Positions 1 to 13,047 of a stretch of DNA of 64,000 nt are shown one piece after another. The position numbers were made by a program, and so were the translations under genes. The number at the start of each line of letters is the position of its first letter. The stretch's first letter is position 1. The notes beneath the pieces were generated by a model. That model ran no database searches. It had not been told where the DNA came from and was given only the letters and a program-made list of their open reading frames with translations. The stretch comes from the human T2T-CHM13v2.0 reference genome, Homo sapiens: NCBI RefSeq assembly GCF_009914755.1, contig NC_060925.1, one strand, 5' to 3'.

Positions 1-143
1 AGATAGATAGAAGATAGATAGATAGATGACAGATAGATGATAGATATATAGTAGATAGAAGATAGATAGATAGATAGATGATAGAAGATAGATAGATAGA
101 TAATGATAGATGGTACATACATAGTAGATAGATAGTAGATAGG

Positions 144-199
<56 letters not shown>

Positions 200-210
200 A
201 TAGATAGATA
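1..210. repeat. (GATA)n/(TAGA)n tetranucleotide microsatellite; pure (TAGA)14 core at 144-199
   Basis: Directly visible. Confidence 0.98.
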
Positions 211-317
211 ATCTTCCCAGACATGAGTGTGCTGGGAAGCAAGGTTTGCAGATAAGTGTGTCAGATTGTCAAGGGCAGTGAAAGCCACACAGGGGACTTG
301 TGATCTTACCTGTAGAT

Positions 318-420
318 TCATTCTTTTGTTTATTCATTTAACAAGCATTCAGGGAGTACCCACTATGCACCAGGCACTATGTTAGGCGCTAGGATGTAGC
401 TGTGAATAAAAAGGCATTCT
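318..420 (-). mobile_element. L2 3' end fragment
   Basis: ttcatttaacaagcatt...cactatgcaccaggcactatgttaggcgctagg resembles the reverse L2 terminus. Confidence 0.6.
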
Positions 421-676
421 CCCCACCTGTCCAAGAGCAGAGCTAGCAGGTTAAACAAGCAAGTAAGACAGCAAGTGAAGGACCCAGGGCCTGTGGGAGC
501 CACAGCAGGGCCTACGCCCCAGGCAGGTGTAACAGGGGCAGCCTTTCAGGTGCAGTGACCAAAGGCATTTGGGAGTAATCCACACAGCAACGCCTGAGGT
601 CCACATGGTGGTAGTGTGGGGAAGAGAGCTGAGCTGCAATGGCCATTAACTTTCACCCTTAAAAATGGTGTCCCCT

Positions 677-1012
<336 letters not shown>

Positions 1013-1018
1013 TCACAC

Positions 1019-1037
1019 CAGCCGCCAGGTGGTAGAA
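1019..1037 (+). promoter_or_regulatory. weak CTCF-like motif
   Basis: ccgccaggtggtag vs consensus CCASYAGRKGGCRS (2 mismatches). Confidence 0.3.
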
Positions 1038-1074
1038 AGTTCTGTTTTAGATGGAAGAGCCTTGTCCCGTCACC

Positions 1075-1272
1075 GTGTGTGTGTGTGTGCGCTCGCGTGT
1101 GTGCGTGTGTGCGTGCATGTGTGTGCGAGTGCGTGCATGTGTGTGTGCGTGCATGTGTGTGCGTGTGTGCATGCGTGTGCGTGTGCATGCATGTGTGTGC
1201 GTGCATGTGTGCACACGTGCATGTGTGTGCGTGCATGTGTGCACACGTGCATGTGTGTGCGTGCGTGTGTGT
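1075..1272. repeat. complex alternating purine-pyrimidine (TG/CG/CA) repeat
   Basis: Directly visible; includes a perfect 30-bp tandem duplication 1201-1230/1231-1260. Confidence 0.95.
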
Positions 1273-1282
1273 AGCTACTTAC

Positions 1283-1480
1283 ACATCTATCTGTCTAGGC
1301 ATCTAGGTGTCTGTGCACCTGCCTTCCTCTATATACCCATCTGTTTATCCATTATCTATTTAGCTATGCATCTATCCAAGCATCTATGCACTCGTCTATC
1401 ATCTGTCTATGCATTTATCCATGCATGCAAGTATATTTATGTATGCAAGTATACGTATAATAGACATAGATATGAACATA
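1283..1480. repeat. degenerate (TATC)n/(CATA)n low-complexity tract
   Basis: Repeated atct/ctat/gcat units. Confidence 0.6.
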
Positions 1481-2489
1481 ACATATGGAAAGAGAAGCTG
1501 TGGTTAGGCTCTTGGTCACATTTGGATCCCTGTAGCTATTTCTCCAGAGCAGAAAATATTTTGCCTAATTTTATTCTGCTGAAACTGTTTTTTTTTTAAA
1601 AAAACAAATCTTGCAGATGCTTCCTCCAGAATAGCATGTTTTCCCCAAAAATAACTGGGCCAGGGTTATCCTAATTAACTGAGTATTCCGGAAGTTACCT
1701 TTGGAAATGATACTATGTATAATGTCAAAATTTTCCAAAAATTGGCCCTGGAGCACAGTGTAAGCCACCCGTCCATTACAGCGCCGAGGCTCCAGCACCC
1801 CTGATGTCCAGCGGTCCCGGCCGCCGCCCAGCCTCTAGCAGAAGTCAAGCCTCCATTCCAAGCCTGCTCTTGTTTCAGAGGAGTTAACTGGGATTTACAA
1901 TAAGAGGCTGACTTGGCAAGCCGGGAAAATGGGTGTTTGAGGCTTCATTTCCCCCCTTTCTTAAGCAACATCTTTTCTGAAGAATTTCTCTGTGCCTTGT
2001 CCCTCCTCCCATGGCCTCAATCTATTTTTAATGACATTTCTGTCAGCCTTGTATTTCCCTTCTCCCCTGTTAATATCCAGGTTTTTCATTATTCACGGTG
2101 CCATCTGTCTTCCTCCGACCCCACCACTTCCCCCACCCTTCACGTCATTCGGCAGGTGCTGCCTTACTGTCTCTGTCTCCGAGGCTGACATCCTCATTCT
2201 CAGTCCTTTAAACAAGCCGGGACCTATTTACCCAGCCACATGAACCCTCTCCTTCCTGGAAGCCAGCCCTGCCTTCCTGAGCAGGCTGTACATGGAAGCA
2301 ATTGCTCCGACACAGACAGGGACACCGTGGTGCGTCTCTCGGCCCCATCACGACGGCCTGCACCACATCCCAAATCGGAATCCAGCTCATGCATGCGGGG
2401 TTGGCCCTAGAAAGTGCCAGGAGGCATCCAACCCTGGGCCTGGCCTCATCCTGGACATTTTCTTGTTTCAGGCATGAAATATGTGGCAT

Positions 2490-2660
2490 GGAGGTTTAGA
2501 ACATGGGCCTCGGAGTCACAATAACTACGGTTCAAATCCCTGATTCTCTCAAGCAGGGTGACCTTGGACACTTGACTGTTGCTAAACCTTGCTGTCCTCA
2601 CCTCTGAAATGGAAGTGACTATCCCGATTACGGAGAGTTCCAGTGGGGATGAATGGAGAT
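2490..2660 (+). mobile_element. MIR
   Basis: ggttcaaatccctg...gtgaccttggac...cctcacctctgaaatgg resembles the MIR core. Confidence 0.6.
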
Positions 2661-3952
2661 ACTCTGCAGATCCCTGTTGGAGACATAGGAAGCCCACAGC
2701 CAATGGGAGATCCAGAAAGATCACAGTATGTCCCAAAAGGGAAAGAAAAGAGCAAACGTGTTGTATGCAACTAGGAGCCTAAGTAAGACTACAGAATGCG
2801 CTGAGGCGTCTCAGACCCAAATCCATCTCCTTCAATTTAGCCGTGTTTGAAATATGAAAGTCACCATTGCAAGCAAGCCCACACTCGCAGCGTTCCTGCC
2901 GCCGAGTATTTATGGAGACATCCACCAGTCAAGGGAGACTTATGAGCTACATAAATACAAAGGATAATCCGGCAAATTCCGAGTTGCACTAAAGGGCTAC
3001 AAATCAGTGTTTGGGCTGGGCTCCAGATACAAAGAGAAAGTGTGATTAAGTGTGACTTTTTTAAAGTTTTGTTTGGATTTATTCCTAAAACTCCTTCACC
3101 CGAAGACGCAGATTTCTTGTTGGCACAGATGGCTGCCCTGTCGTGAATCAGAGGCAGAGAATTTGAGCAGTGCCCAAAAGAAGCCTAGAAAAAAGAAAGC
3201 ACAAAAAGCAGAACGACTTCTAACTTTGGTGCAGAACTAAGATCTGTTCCCACCTGTCAGTGACACTGGGGGTGATCTGCACTCTGGGGCGGGGGCGGGA
3301 GCTCTGGGGTGCAATCCCTTGAATGCTTGCTGGGACCTCCTGCTCTGCAACCACCTCCACACTGGCCATAACTAGGCAGAGGCCTTCACAGGCATCTCTC
3401 CAGCCCAGGGCTGTGCAGGTGGCTGCAGGCAGGATGTCTGGCCTGAGCCAGCACAGTGGACATGTACAGAATAAATAAAAGGACAAATGGCAAAGTGACA
3501 TCAGGAGAGACAAAGGACCAAGGGCTTTTTCAGCCAAGACAGCGCTGTGGTCAGAGCTGCAGTTCATCCCAGGGCAGAGGTTTGTACCTGAGAAAAGCAT
3601 TCTACCACGCAGCATCCTGCCCGGGTGGACCAGGGCAGAAGCACTGAGGTCAGCTCCCCTGGGAAGATGGTGTCTCAGGGTCTTCCTGAGTTGCTCTGAG
3701 CTGGGGGCCTTGGGCAGTTCCTTCCTGACCTTCCTTGTCTACAAATTGAGACTCATCACCTTCCTCGCCGAATTAGCATGCAGGTTCAAAGAGGGGCCCG
3801 GAGGCTCCTACACGACCAGCCAACAAACTCTAATTTCAAGACAGTGTCTTCCCCCTGTTCCTCCTGATAACAGCAGCTGCAAGAGGGTTCAAACCCCAGC
3901 ACACTCATGGCTTCCTCTTGCTCTGCACTCACTCTGGTAGATTAGAAAAAAT

Positions 3953-4455
3953 TGTACTAACCGTGAAGTTTAATTTTCTGTGTTCTGACACTTTGACTTC
4001 TAGTGCCTTGCTGATCCTGGAGGGACGGCCCTTCCCAGGGCTGGCCAATTCCTACAGATAGTAAAGGACTGTGCTGGGAGCCCACCTTTAATACCAACCC
4101 ACCCAGAGCCCACACCCCACGACCTCCTCTACCAGATTCTCCCCCCAGGGCCACCATCCACCTGCCCTAGTCACCCCTGGCTAGGTGCCAGACACCTAGG
4201 GGCAGCCTCTCTGCCCCAGAGCCCACAGAAATTATCCACACGAGCCTATCCTTCCTGCAGAAACCACTATAAAGGCTCTGCCCACATTGCCCCCGGCTCC
4301 CTCTGCCTCCTGATGGATGCCCTGCTTTCCCCTGTGGCCCTGTGTGACGTGGCCTGCCCCCTCCTCATGGGATCTGTGAGTAACAAATCCTTAAACAGGC
4401 AGCTGCCTGCTGATCTGCTGGCCCACCATGGCTGCATATTAATAAAACCCACGAT
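3953..4455 (+). mobile_element. solo LTR, MER74-like
   Basis: Begins tgtactaacc; ccttgctgatcctggagggacggcccttcccagggctggccaattcctacagatagtaaagg matches my recollection of MER74; 3' end approximate. Confidence 0.55.
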
Positions 4456-5224
4456 GGAAAGCAGGAATAAAATAACCAGCCCTGCTCAGCATAGCTCCAC
4501 CAATCTTTGCCATTGCCTTGTCCCAAAGGAGACTGTGGGGAGCTGCCTGGGCTCAGCCCTGGGGCTGGGGCAGGTCTGGCCAGTGCTGGGTCTGGAATGA
4601 GCTGGTGCACTCAGCCAGCACACCTGAGGCACATTCCCACCTGGCCTCCTCGCATGGAGGGGATGTCCTCCCCACTCTTAGTTATATTTCCCAGCCCTTT
4701 CAGAACTTGAGCAGCAACACGGTGTTTTCTCTTTCCTTCAGTGGAGCCCTCACCGTTGGGGGGCAAAGCCTCACACTGCCCCACATTCTCTCCCAGTGAC
4801 ATAGAGAAGCTTCTGGCAGCAGCTCAGAAATGCTCCCAGGAATCCACGTCTTGGCTCTCCGGTGGCTACAGCTGACCCAGCCCATCCCCTGGAGCCAACA
4901 AGGACCAACGTCCCCAGGCCCTGAGCTCGCCACTCAGCCAGCAGCTGAAGCAAGCACTCTTCTTCTGGGGCTGCTCGTGCCAGGGGAGTGATCTCATCCC
5001 CCTGGGTCTGAGATTGGGGAAGGTTCTGGGTGACTAAGAGCCGCTGCATATGAAACCCTCTGAAAGGCCAAATCCCAGCTAGAGCTCCTGTTTGGAGATT
5101 AAAACTGGAACATCAGTACCCCCGAAGCTGTGAACTAACGTTCAGGGGGATTCCCAGTCCAGTCACTGTGACCTCTTTTCCTGTAGGAGGCAGCTGTCAG
5201 CAACAGGTTCGTCTCCCAGACACA

Positions 5225-5875
5225 CACACCGCAACACGCAGCTTGCACTTCCCCGGCCCCTTGAAACAAGAAATGGCCATGCAACGGTCTTTGGCCGATG
5301 AAATGAGTGCCACTTCCGGGCAGAGGCATCAAATGGCTGGAGTGAGAGCATCCAGAACTTCCTTCTCCTGCCTTGGTAATTGAGAAAGTGCCTGTTTACA
5401 AGGAGGTACAACTCGTAGCCATCACGAGGCCCGCCATGCCATATTCTGAGTATTTGCATCTATGCCCCCAACTCTACTGTTGAAATCCTAGCCCCAACAG
5501 TGATGGTATTAGGACATGAAGCCTTTGGGAGGCGACCAGGTCATGGGGGTGAAGACTTTGTGTGAGAACACAGTGAGAAGGGGCCATCTGTGAACCAGGA
5601 AGCTGGCACCGAACCAGAAACCAAAGCTGCCAGCACCTTGATCTTGGACTTGCCAGCCCCCGAAGTGTGAGAAGTGAACTCATCATTTTCTAAGCTACAT
5701 AGTAGCCTATGGTATTTCCCTACATCAGCCTGGATGGACTAAGACACAGGGTCACCCTGAAGAGTGCTCAGCCTTGCAGTGACCCCTGCAGAAGGGAGGA
5801 ACAGAATGTTGTTGGTAGCTCTGAGATGGGCGCTGTTTGTTACTGTACCATAACCCAGCCCACCCTGACTAACAT
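5225..5875 (+). mobile_element. old LTR16/LTR33-like remnant interrupted by MLT1A
   Basis: cacttccccggccccttgaa...ttggccgatgaaatgag and ttgttactgtaccataacccagcccaccctgactaac flank the MLT1A. Confidence 0.4.
5436..5746 (+). mobile_element. MLT1A-type MaLR LTR
   Basis: gttgaaatcctagcccc...gtgatggtattagga...gcaccttgatcttggactt...ggactaagaca. Confidence 0.75.
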
Positions 5876-8189
5876 GGGCAGGCAGAGGAGTCCGTCGGCC
5901 CCCAGGGACTCCTGGCTGGTGGCCCCCGAGAGGACAGGGCCTTGGGTGGTACCAGACATCTGCAAACCAAGCCAAAAGTCTCCAACAGGAAAAAAAAAAA
6001 CAGTGACAGAGAGCATTTCACATGGCTGTATCTGACAGAGAGAGTCAGATTCTAAATATCTGTTATCAAAATTGCCCGAGGAGAGAACGTTTATTAAAAG
6101 TTTTCCATAAGCATTCCCCAGCTCTTTAATCACAGGGTGTTTTTTTTCTTTACTGTAACATCTTCAGCACATTTACTGCTTTTGCATAAAGGACTTTTGC
6201 TTCTAATCACATCGATTTTATTATAATTAATTTTTAATGTATTTTCCAGGGTGTTTCGTATGTACAGACTAAGATATTTTATCATATATTAACATAGCCA
6301 TTTCCACTTTTAAAGTGGGTTATTAAATGAGGGTTAATTTATTATTGCTTAAGATGTTACAATGTTAACCCAATTATAATTTGGGTTTTGTCATGTGCAC
6401 TCTGGAGTGTGATAGGATATTGATAATAGACCCAGTAGGATGAAATTTACTAAATCAAATCCTTAGGGCTCTTGCTGAATTCTCATAATAGCTTGATTAG
6501 CTAGCAGACACCCATGCTGTCATCCGGGCGGCTCTCACCTGAGGGCAAAGCAGCCTGCATCGTGGGGCCTGGACCTGGGGTCAGCTGGGGTCAGGCCTGT
6601 AGGCCAGGCTTCTTTCCAAGACCTGGGGCTCATGTTTACTTCCACATCCTGCGCCAGTGGACTCAGATTCCAGGCTCTGTCCTCTTGGCCAAGGATCTGG
6701 TAATGCACAAGGAAGGTTGAGGACGTGGGTCTGTCAGACTCCCCCAGGTTCAATCGGGGAGACTTTGCCCCATGGCTCGGTGTGTTTGAGAAGAACCACA
6801 GGGGATAATGGGTGTGAGCACCTCTCGTGCCCACCAGGTCCAGGATGGGAGCATCAGCCATGGGATGGATCTGGACCAGCATCCTCTATTCATCCCACAA
6901 ACACTCCCCCAGCCCGAAGCTCTATGCCCATGCCTGCCACGGAGCCAGGAGGATCAGGGCCCAGCCCTGCCCACACACAGCACCTATGCTGGCCAGAGAA
7001 ATGCAGCAACCACCAACATGAACCAAGAGAGAGGAGGGCAGGGCAGGAGGTGGCGTCCTAGGCTTGCTGACCACGTTGCTTGTGGTGCAAGAGGGAGCTC
7101 CAGGTGTCTGGCCTCCAAGGAGCCTTGGGAATGGGTGGATAGCGGAAGGTGAGATCAATGGGGAGGAGGGAGCAAGTCTCACCTGAGAGAGACACTTCTG
7201 CTTCCAGAGCACCGAGACGGCTTGTGCTGTAAGGAATCGCCCCCACACCCAGAGCGGGGCCGAGTGCTGAAGAGAGCTGCCTCCCCCACCCTGGCTAAGG
7301 TGACCAGCTTGTCCCGCAACACCACCAAGGACAACAAGCCCCATCCCCGGGCAGAGCCCAGCCCCCATGACACAGGGAGATGGCAAATGAGGGACTCAGA
7401 TGACTTGGGTACTCGCAGGGTCCCTGTGTTGTCAGGAATCTGCTCATCATTCACTCTCCCCCCCTCCCCTGGAAAGAAAGAATCGCACTTTTCTCCTGAC
7501 AAGCCAGGAACTGTGCCACCTAATTTAAGGGGCAGGAAGAACCACGATAGCACTCAGCACTCGGTGCTCATCACCAGAGATGTATTGTAGCTGGGAGCAT
7601 AAAAAACACCTCATTAAATCATCTCTTTCCCTTCATTAGGATAACATCACTTAAACCTGCCGTCTCCAACCTCAGCAAAAGCTGCCCCCTCCTTCTGAAA
7701 GCTCAGAGCTGGGGTGGGACGTATGCCAGGCCGAGAGGGTCTGCACACCCGCCCCCAGGAGTGTGCATCTCTCGGTGGCTAATTCACTCGCATTGATGGA
7801 TGGATTGCACGGTGTGCTTATTTACAATATTTACACTTAGGGTGAGAGGAACGTTCTGGCATGGAGCCATTTATCTCATTCTTTTTGGAAGCTCTTCCTC
7901 TTTTTCGCTAATGGGAGTATCACTCACTAGATAATACCCAGCCTCGCTTGGCCGGCTCAGCAACTTTCCATGAAGAAGGCTCACGCGCTCCACCTAAGCC
8001 CGTGCCGCACCAGCCCAGAGTGCCCAAGTCTGTCAGGCAGAACTTGCTGCCCACACCCCACTGCAGGCTCCATGTGGGGTCTGGGTGGCCCCGGTCTCTC
8101 ACCAGCTCTGGTGGGAGAGTGTTCCGAGCCTGACATTGGGCAGCCCATCCACTCTCTCCACCGTGGGCTTCCCGGGGTTCCATGCCATC

Positions 8190-8913
8190 ATGGTAACTGG
8201 TGTTGTCAAGTATCTGTCCCTGCCGGAATCCATGTTAAAATGTAATCCCCAATGTTGGAGGTGGGGCCTGGTGGGAGGTGTTTGGTCATGGAGGTGGATC
8301 CCTCCTGAATGGTTTGGTGCCGTCCTCATGGTAGTGAGATCTCCCGAGATCTGGTTGTTTGTCAGTGTGCGGTAGCCAGGTGCGGTGGCTCACTCCTGTA
8401 ATCCCAGCACTTGGGAGGCCAAGACAGGTGGATTACTTGAGCGCAGGAATTTGAGAACAGCCTGGGCAACATGGCAAAACCCTGTCTCCACCAAAAAAAA
8501 ATACAAAAATACAAAAATTAGCCAAGCATGGTGGTGCATGCCTGTAGTCCCAGCTACTGGGGAGGCTGAGGTGGAAGGATCACTCACTTGAGCCCAGGAG
8601 GTGGAGGCTGCAGTGAGCCACGGTCATGCCACTACACTCCAGCCCAGGTGACAGAGCAGCACTCTGTATCAAAAAAAAATAAGTGTCTGGCACCTCCTCA
8701 ACTGGCTCTTGTTCTCACTATGTGAGACTCCTGCTCCCCCTTCACCTTCTGCCATGAGTAAAAGCTTCCCAATGCCTCCCCAGAAGCCAAACGGATGCCG
8801 GCATCATGCTTCCTGTGAAGCCTGCAGAACTGCGAGCCAATTTAAACTTCCCTTCTTGGTAAATTCCCCAGCCCCAGGCATTTCTTTATAACAATGCAAG
8901 AATGGCCTAACCC
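8190..8913 (+). mobile_element. MSTB-type solo LTR split by AluJ
   Basis: tgtaatccccaatgttggaggtggggcctggtgggagg ... catgcttcctgtgaagcctgcagaactg ... gaatggcctaac. Confidence 0.85.
8374..8682 (+). mobile_element. AluJ
   Basis: J-type features (cttgagcccaggaggtggaggctgcagtgagc, cctgggcaacatggcaaaa), short A tail. Confidence 0.9.
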
Positions 8914-9357
8914 AGGAACAAAGGGGACCCTGAGGCCGCTGGACAGAACCTGGCCAAGGTGGTGGACAAAGTCAGGGTCAACCTGGGACCACACAGTGGA
9001 TCTTAGGCTCACTTGCCTCAGGCTTTGATGTCCTGCCTGAATCCTACCTGGGGAACGTGGCCTTGACCTTTGCCTTTTGTGTATTCTGAGACGGGGGCTG
9101 GGCAAGGTGCAGTTGGAGGACACAGCAGGACACTCCTTGGATGCCCCCACCTCCCCACCCCTGAGCCCTGCTCTCTGTCCGTTTAGGGTCCTGGCATGGC
9201 CATGCACACAGGTGCACCCCTGCCCAAACCACGCCCAAGGTGCCTCAGCACCAACCCAAGACCCTGCCCCAAGAGGGCTGACTCTGCCTGTGACCCAAGG
9301 GTATCTGTTTCTCTCCTGGGGCTTCAGTTTCCCCCAGATGAAAGGGGTGAGCTACTT

Positions 9358-9700
9358 AGTGATTCCCAACCTTGGCTGCACATTGGAATTTCCTGACAAG
9401 CTTTTAAAATTCCTGGTGCCTGACCACGCCACTGACGGCGGCATTGCCTCCCCAGGTGGGGACCCAGACCTCTGCATGTTCATGTCTCCCCAGGTGACTC
9501 CAACCCCAGCCAGAGGTGAGATCCAGCAACCTGTATCAGCGGTTCTCAGCGTGGGATCCTGGGACAGCAACAGCAGCCAGGTTGACAGGCCAACTCTGCA
9601 GCCTCCGCCCCACACCTGCTGAGTCAGAAACTCTGGCTGTGGGTGCAGCAGTCTGGGATTTTACCGGCCCTGCGAGGGATTCAGCCTCCAGCATCCCGGT
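9358..9700. mobile_element. adjacent MER5B- and MER5A-like hAT-Charlie DNA transposon fragments
   Basis: agtgattcccaaccttggctgcacattggaat...; cagcggttctcagcgtgg...cctgctgagtcagaaactctgg. Confidence 0.6.
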
Positions 9701-10445
9701 GCGCTTTCAGCTGTGACCCACCTGAGTGCCGTGCAGACAGTGCTGGGAAGATCCTGGCTCCAGGGCCCACTAAGCTTCACTTGACCCTTAGAGGCCCTGC
9801 TCTTCATCTGTGAAGCCCCTAAAGATGCTCTTTCCCAGGCACCTTGTAAGGAAATAAACAAGGTCAAGTCCACCAAGTGCTAAGCATCCCAGGCCTTAGC
9901 AGAATCTTTCTCCATGGGTTGACCTCGGTGTTGACAATGTCATCAGGCACCGAACAGGCAGTCACAATTCAGAACCCTGCCCTCTTTTGCTTCTGGAGAA
10001 AGATGGAAGGAAAGGAAAGGGTTTTATCAAAGGGAAACAGAGACCAAGGATGAGTGTGTGGTGTCCGACAGGCAGGAGGATGAGGCCAGGAGGGGTGTCT
10101 TGGAGACTCCAGCGCATCTGGGCTGCCCCGAAGAGGGTACCTGGAGCGGAGCGACCAGGGGGATTGAGGACAGGGAGAGACAACTTGGGGACGGCAGAAG
10201 CTCCTGGAGGTGGGCACCCTGGATGGAGGAGGGAGGAGGGAGGAGGGAGGAGGGTCCACCTGCCTGCCGGCCTGGGGCTCCCTGGGCACGGGACTCTCCT
10301 GCACCAGCTCACTGGTAGCACAGACACGCATGGGAAGGGACCCATCCCCAATTCACTGTGATGAGTGCCCCTAAAACGACCCAGCCCGTGCGGTTCTGCG
10401 GGGTCACAGGTACAGCCTCCTGGGGTCCCCGAGGACAGGGGAGCC

Positions 10446-10479
10446 TGCAGTGTGCAGAACTGGCCACCAGGTGGCAGCA
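10446..10479 (+). promoter_or_regulatory. CTCF motif (core plus upstream module)
   Basis: Core TGGCCACCAGGTGGCAGCA (10461-10479) fully matches CCASYAGRKGGCRS; upstream TGCAGTGTG (10446-10454) at 6-nt spacing. Confidence 0.75.
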
Positions 10480-11004
10480 ACACCGTCTCCCCAGGGGTTA
10501 CTTTGTTACAACTTCGGGAGGATGGAAGGGAGCAGGTGGTTGCAAGGAAGCAGCCCCAGAGAGCTGGAAGGAGGGTACTCTGCCCTGTGAACCACATCAG
10601 GGGACGTCCAGTGAATCCCAGCAGACCCAGAAGCCAGACCCCCAAGTATGCCTGTCCAATCTCTGCCCTACAGCCCAGCATTTTCCCCCAACCCGTTTCT
10701 CTCCCCAACCAGGTTTAAGGAAGCTTTGCAAATTCCTCAGGACCTGCAAGTTTCTGAGAACGAAATTTTGTGTTTTTATTCAACGAGTCTAAAATACATC
10801 CTGCCAGCTCTAGAGGCAAAAACTTTCGCAGAGGTCATTTACCAGGGAAAACGATCTTCCTCAATAAAGGCCTTTGCTTAATCATTACTCCATAAACTGA
10901 ACTCTGAGGGCTTCAGAGATATTCTCTAGGGTTCAAGAGGAATGGTTTCCTCCAGAGAGATCCATGCATGTACCCAGGTTTGATAAACATCGGGAAAAAG
11001 GCAA

Positions 11005-11190
11005 TCGTCATCATAGCTACCTTTTACTCAGTGCTCACCACGTGGCAGGCTCTCTTCTCCATGGAACCCTCAGAAAGAGCCCGGGAGGTGGGTGCCGGTA
11101 TCACCTCCACTCTGCAGATGAGCAGACTGAGGAAGGAGAAGCCAGCAATGGCAGGGTGGGGATTTGGGCAGGGCGGCCTGACCCATAGCT
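11005..11190 (-). mobile_element. MIR
   Basis: atagctaccttttactcagtgctcaccacgtggcagg...ccactctgcagatgagcagactgagg. Confidence 0.6.
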
Positions 11191-12028
11191 CCTTCTTAAC
11201 CTTGGGACCATACTTCTTCCCTCTGGCATCCTGGGACTCCTGTTCTCACCTTTCTCATCCCCTCCTTCCTCCTCACAAGTGGAACTGGGGTGAGGAGCTC
11301 CCTCACTGCACAGATTTCCTTATGGAGAGGCAAGACCTGACTCCAGCCTTGTGCTTACGACTGACCATGGCTTAAAGGGCTCTCCCTGCTGGGGACGCAT
11401 TTCCTTTCCCTGCTTGGCAGTAGCCATGCAGGGCTGATTAGAGCCTCTGCCAAGGGACCACAGCTAACATGGACATTTGATCTCGCTTCCTCCGGAACAT
11501 AGAGCAAGCCCACAGCAAGGGTCAGTCATCCTGGCTCCCGAGGAAATGTGCACAGAACAGCTCCTTGGCCAGTGTGCTGCCCAGGACTCCAGAGCACCTG
11601 GGAGGTGTCCCCGGCCCAGAGGGGATGGGAAAAGGTGGAGAGAGTGGTGGGACGGAGGGGTCCAGGAGCCTGCAAGCTGAGCACCCTAAAGCCTGGCATA
11701 TCTGGCCGATGTCGAGGGCCCTGATTTTCATACGGGACTGGCTCCTCCGTGACTCAGGCAGCCTATGAGTCCCCATAAATGTGCCCTGTGTGGAATCCAG
11801 GACATAATTGTGCGTCTTAGGCAAACAGGGAGAGCTGAGAGACAGGAAACACGGAGCTGATGGGCCACAGAAGGGAAATGAACAGAGAGAATCAACCCAG
11901 CTTGAAACAAAAACACATTCCCAAGAGTGGATCTGCAGACTGGTGTCGCAGTGCAAGGCTGGGTGTTGCCCTTGTGTGCCCACACATCACCCTCCTTCAG
12001 GAGTGGCAAAAGCACATGAGGCAGAGGC

Positions 12029-12103
12029 TGTGTGTGTGCGCATGTGTGTGTGAGAGAGAGAGAGAGGGAAAGAGAGAAATGGAGGGAGGGAGAGAGAGAA
12101 AGG
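12029..12103. repeat. compound (TG)n-(GA)n / purine-rich tract
   Basis: Directly visible. Confidence 0.85.
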
Positions 12104-13047
12104 AAGATCATCTCTTCAAGCCAGGCTCTTAGAAAAAGAGCATCAAAAATATTTTGTGAGGAATTTCCTGAGTTCCACATCTTTAACTCTTGGAATAGAG
12201 GCAGAAGGAGATTGTAATTAAAATTGGTAGTGGGGCGGGGGAAGCATCATTATATACAGAATTTCTAAATGCCTGGAAGTGATCTTACGAAGACAAATTG
12301 GTTTTCCAACCCCACCCCAGCTATAAAAAGTTATAATTGAGTCATCAGCACCCTGCTGAACTAGGAGTCTGGATTGTTTTTAGGTAGATGAATGAACTTG
12401 AGAAAATTCTTCTCTCCAGGCCGCGATTTCCCTTAGTTTTCAAACTGCATCCTAAAGAGTGCGGGGCTTCAGCTGAGAAGCCTCATGGATGGTGGTCTGT
12501 CCCCACTCCCCCACTCCTGCCATTCAGGCAGGAGGCTCCCCACACCTTCTCTGTAACCCCCAGCTTCAAGCCAAGCTGCTCTTCTTAAAAAAAAATGTCG
12601 TATATCTCCTGAAGGAGGTTTCTTTTGAAAACACTGGAACTTAATAACTTCTGAAGTCCCTTCCAGTTCTGATGCCAGGCAGAACTGTCTGAAATCAGGT
12701 GGGGGCCATGAAAACTGCCCTGCACAGCAAAGCAGGCCCAGAAGCTTCCACCATTCAGCTGAGCCCCATAGTGAGTCCATCCTCCTGTGGTCACTCATCC
12801 TGCCTCCTCTCTGCAGGTGCCAGCTGGGCCACATGCTGGACTCAAGACTTCTGCCTTTGTTCAGAGCACTTGTCATCTCCAGAGGGCCCTCCATTCTCTC
12901 TTCCACCATCCTAGTGCCCAACTATGCACCCTATAAAGACAGGACTATGCTTTTCAGCATGGCATGAACTTGGCATGCAGTAGATGCTCAATAAATATTT
13001 GCACAATAAATAAGCAAATGCTGCCTCCAGGGTCATGCTCTACATTT

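Noticed and set aside
9962-10708. Longest ORF in the window (248 aa, minus strand)
   Set aside because: No recognisable domain; Pro/Gly/Leu-rich chance frame in GC-rich DNA
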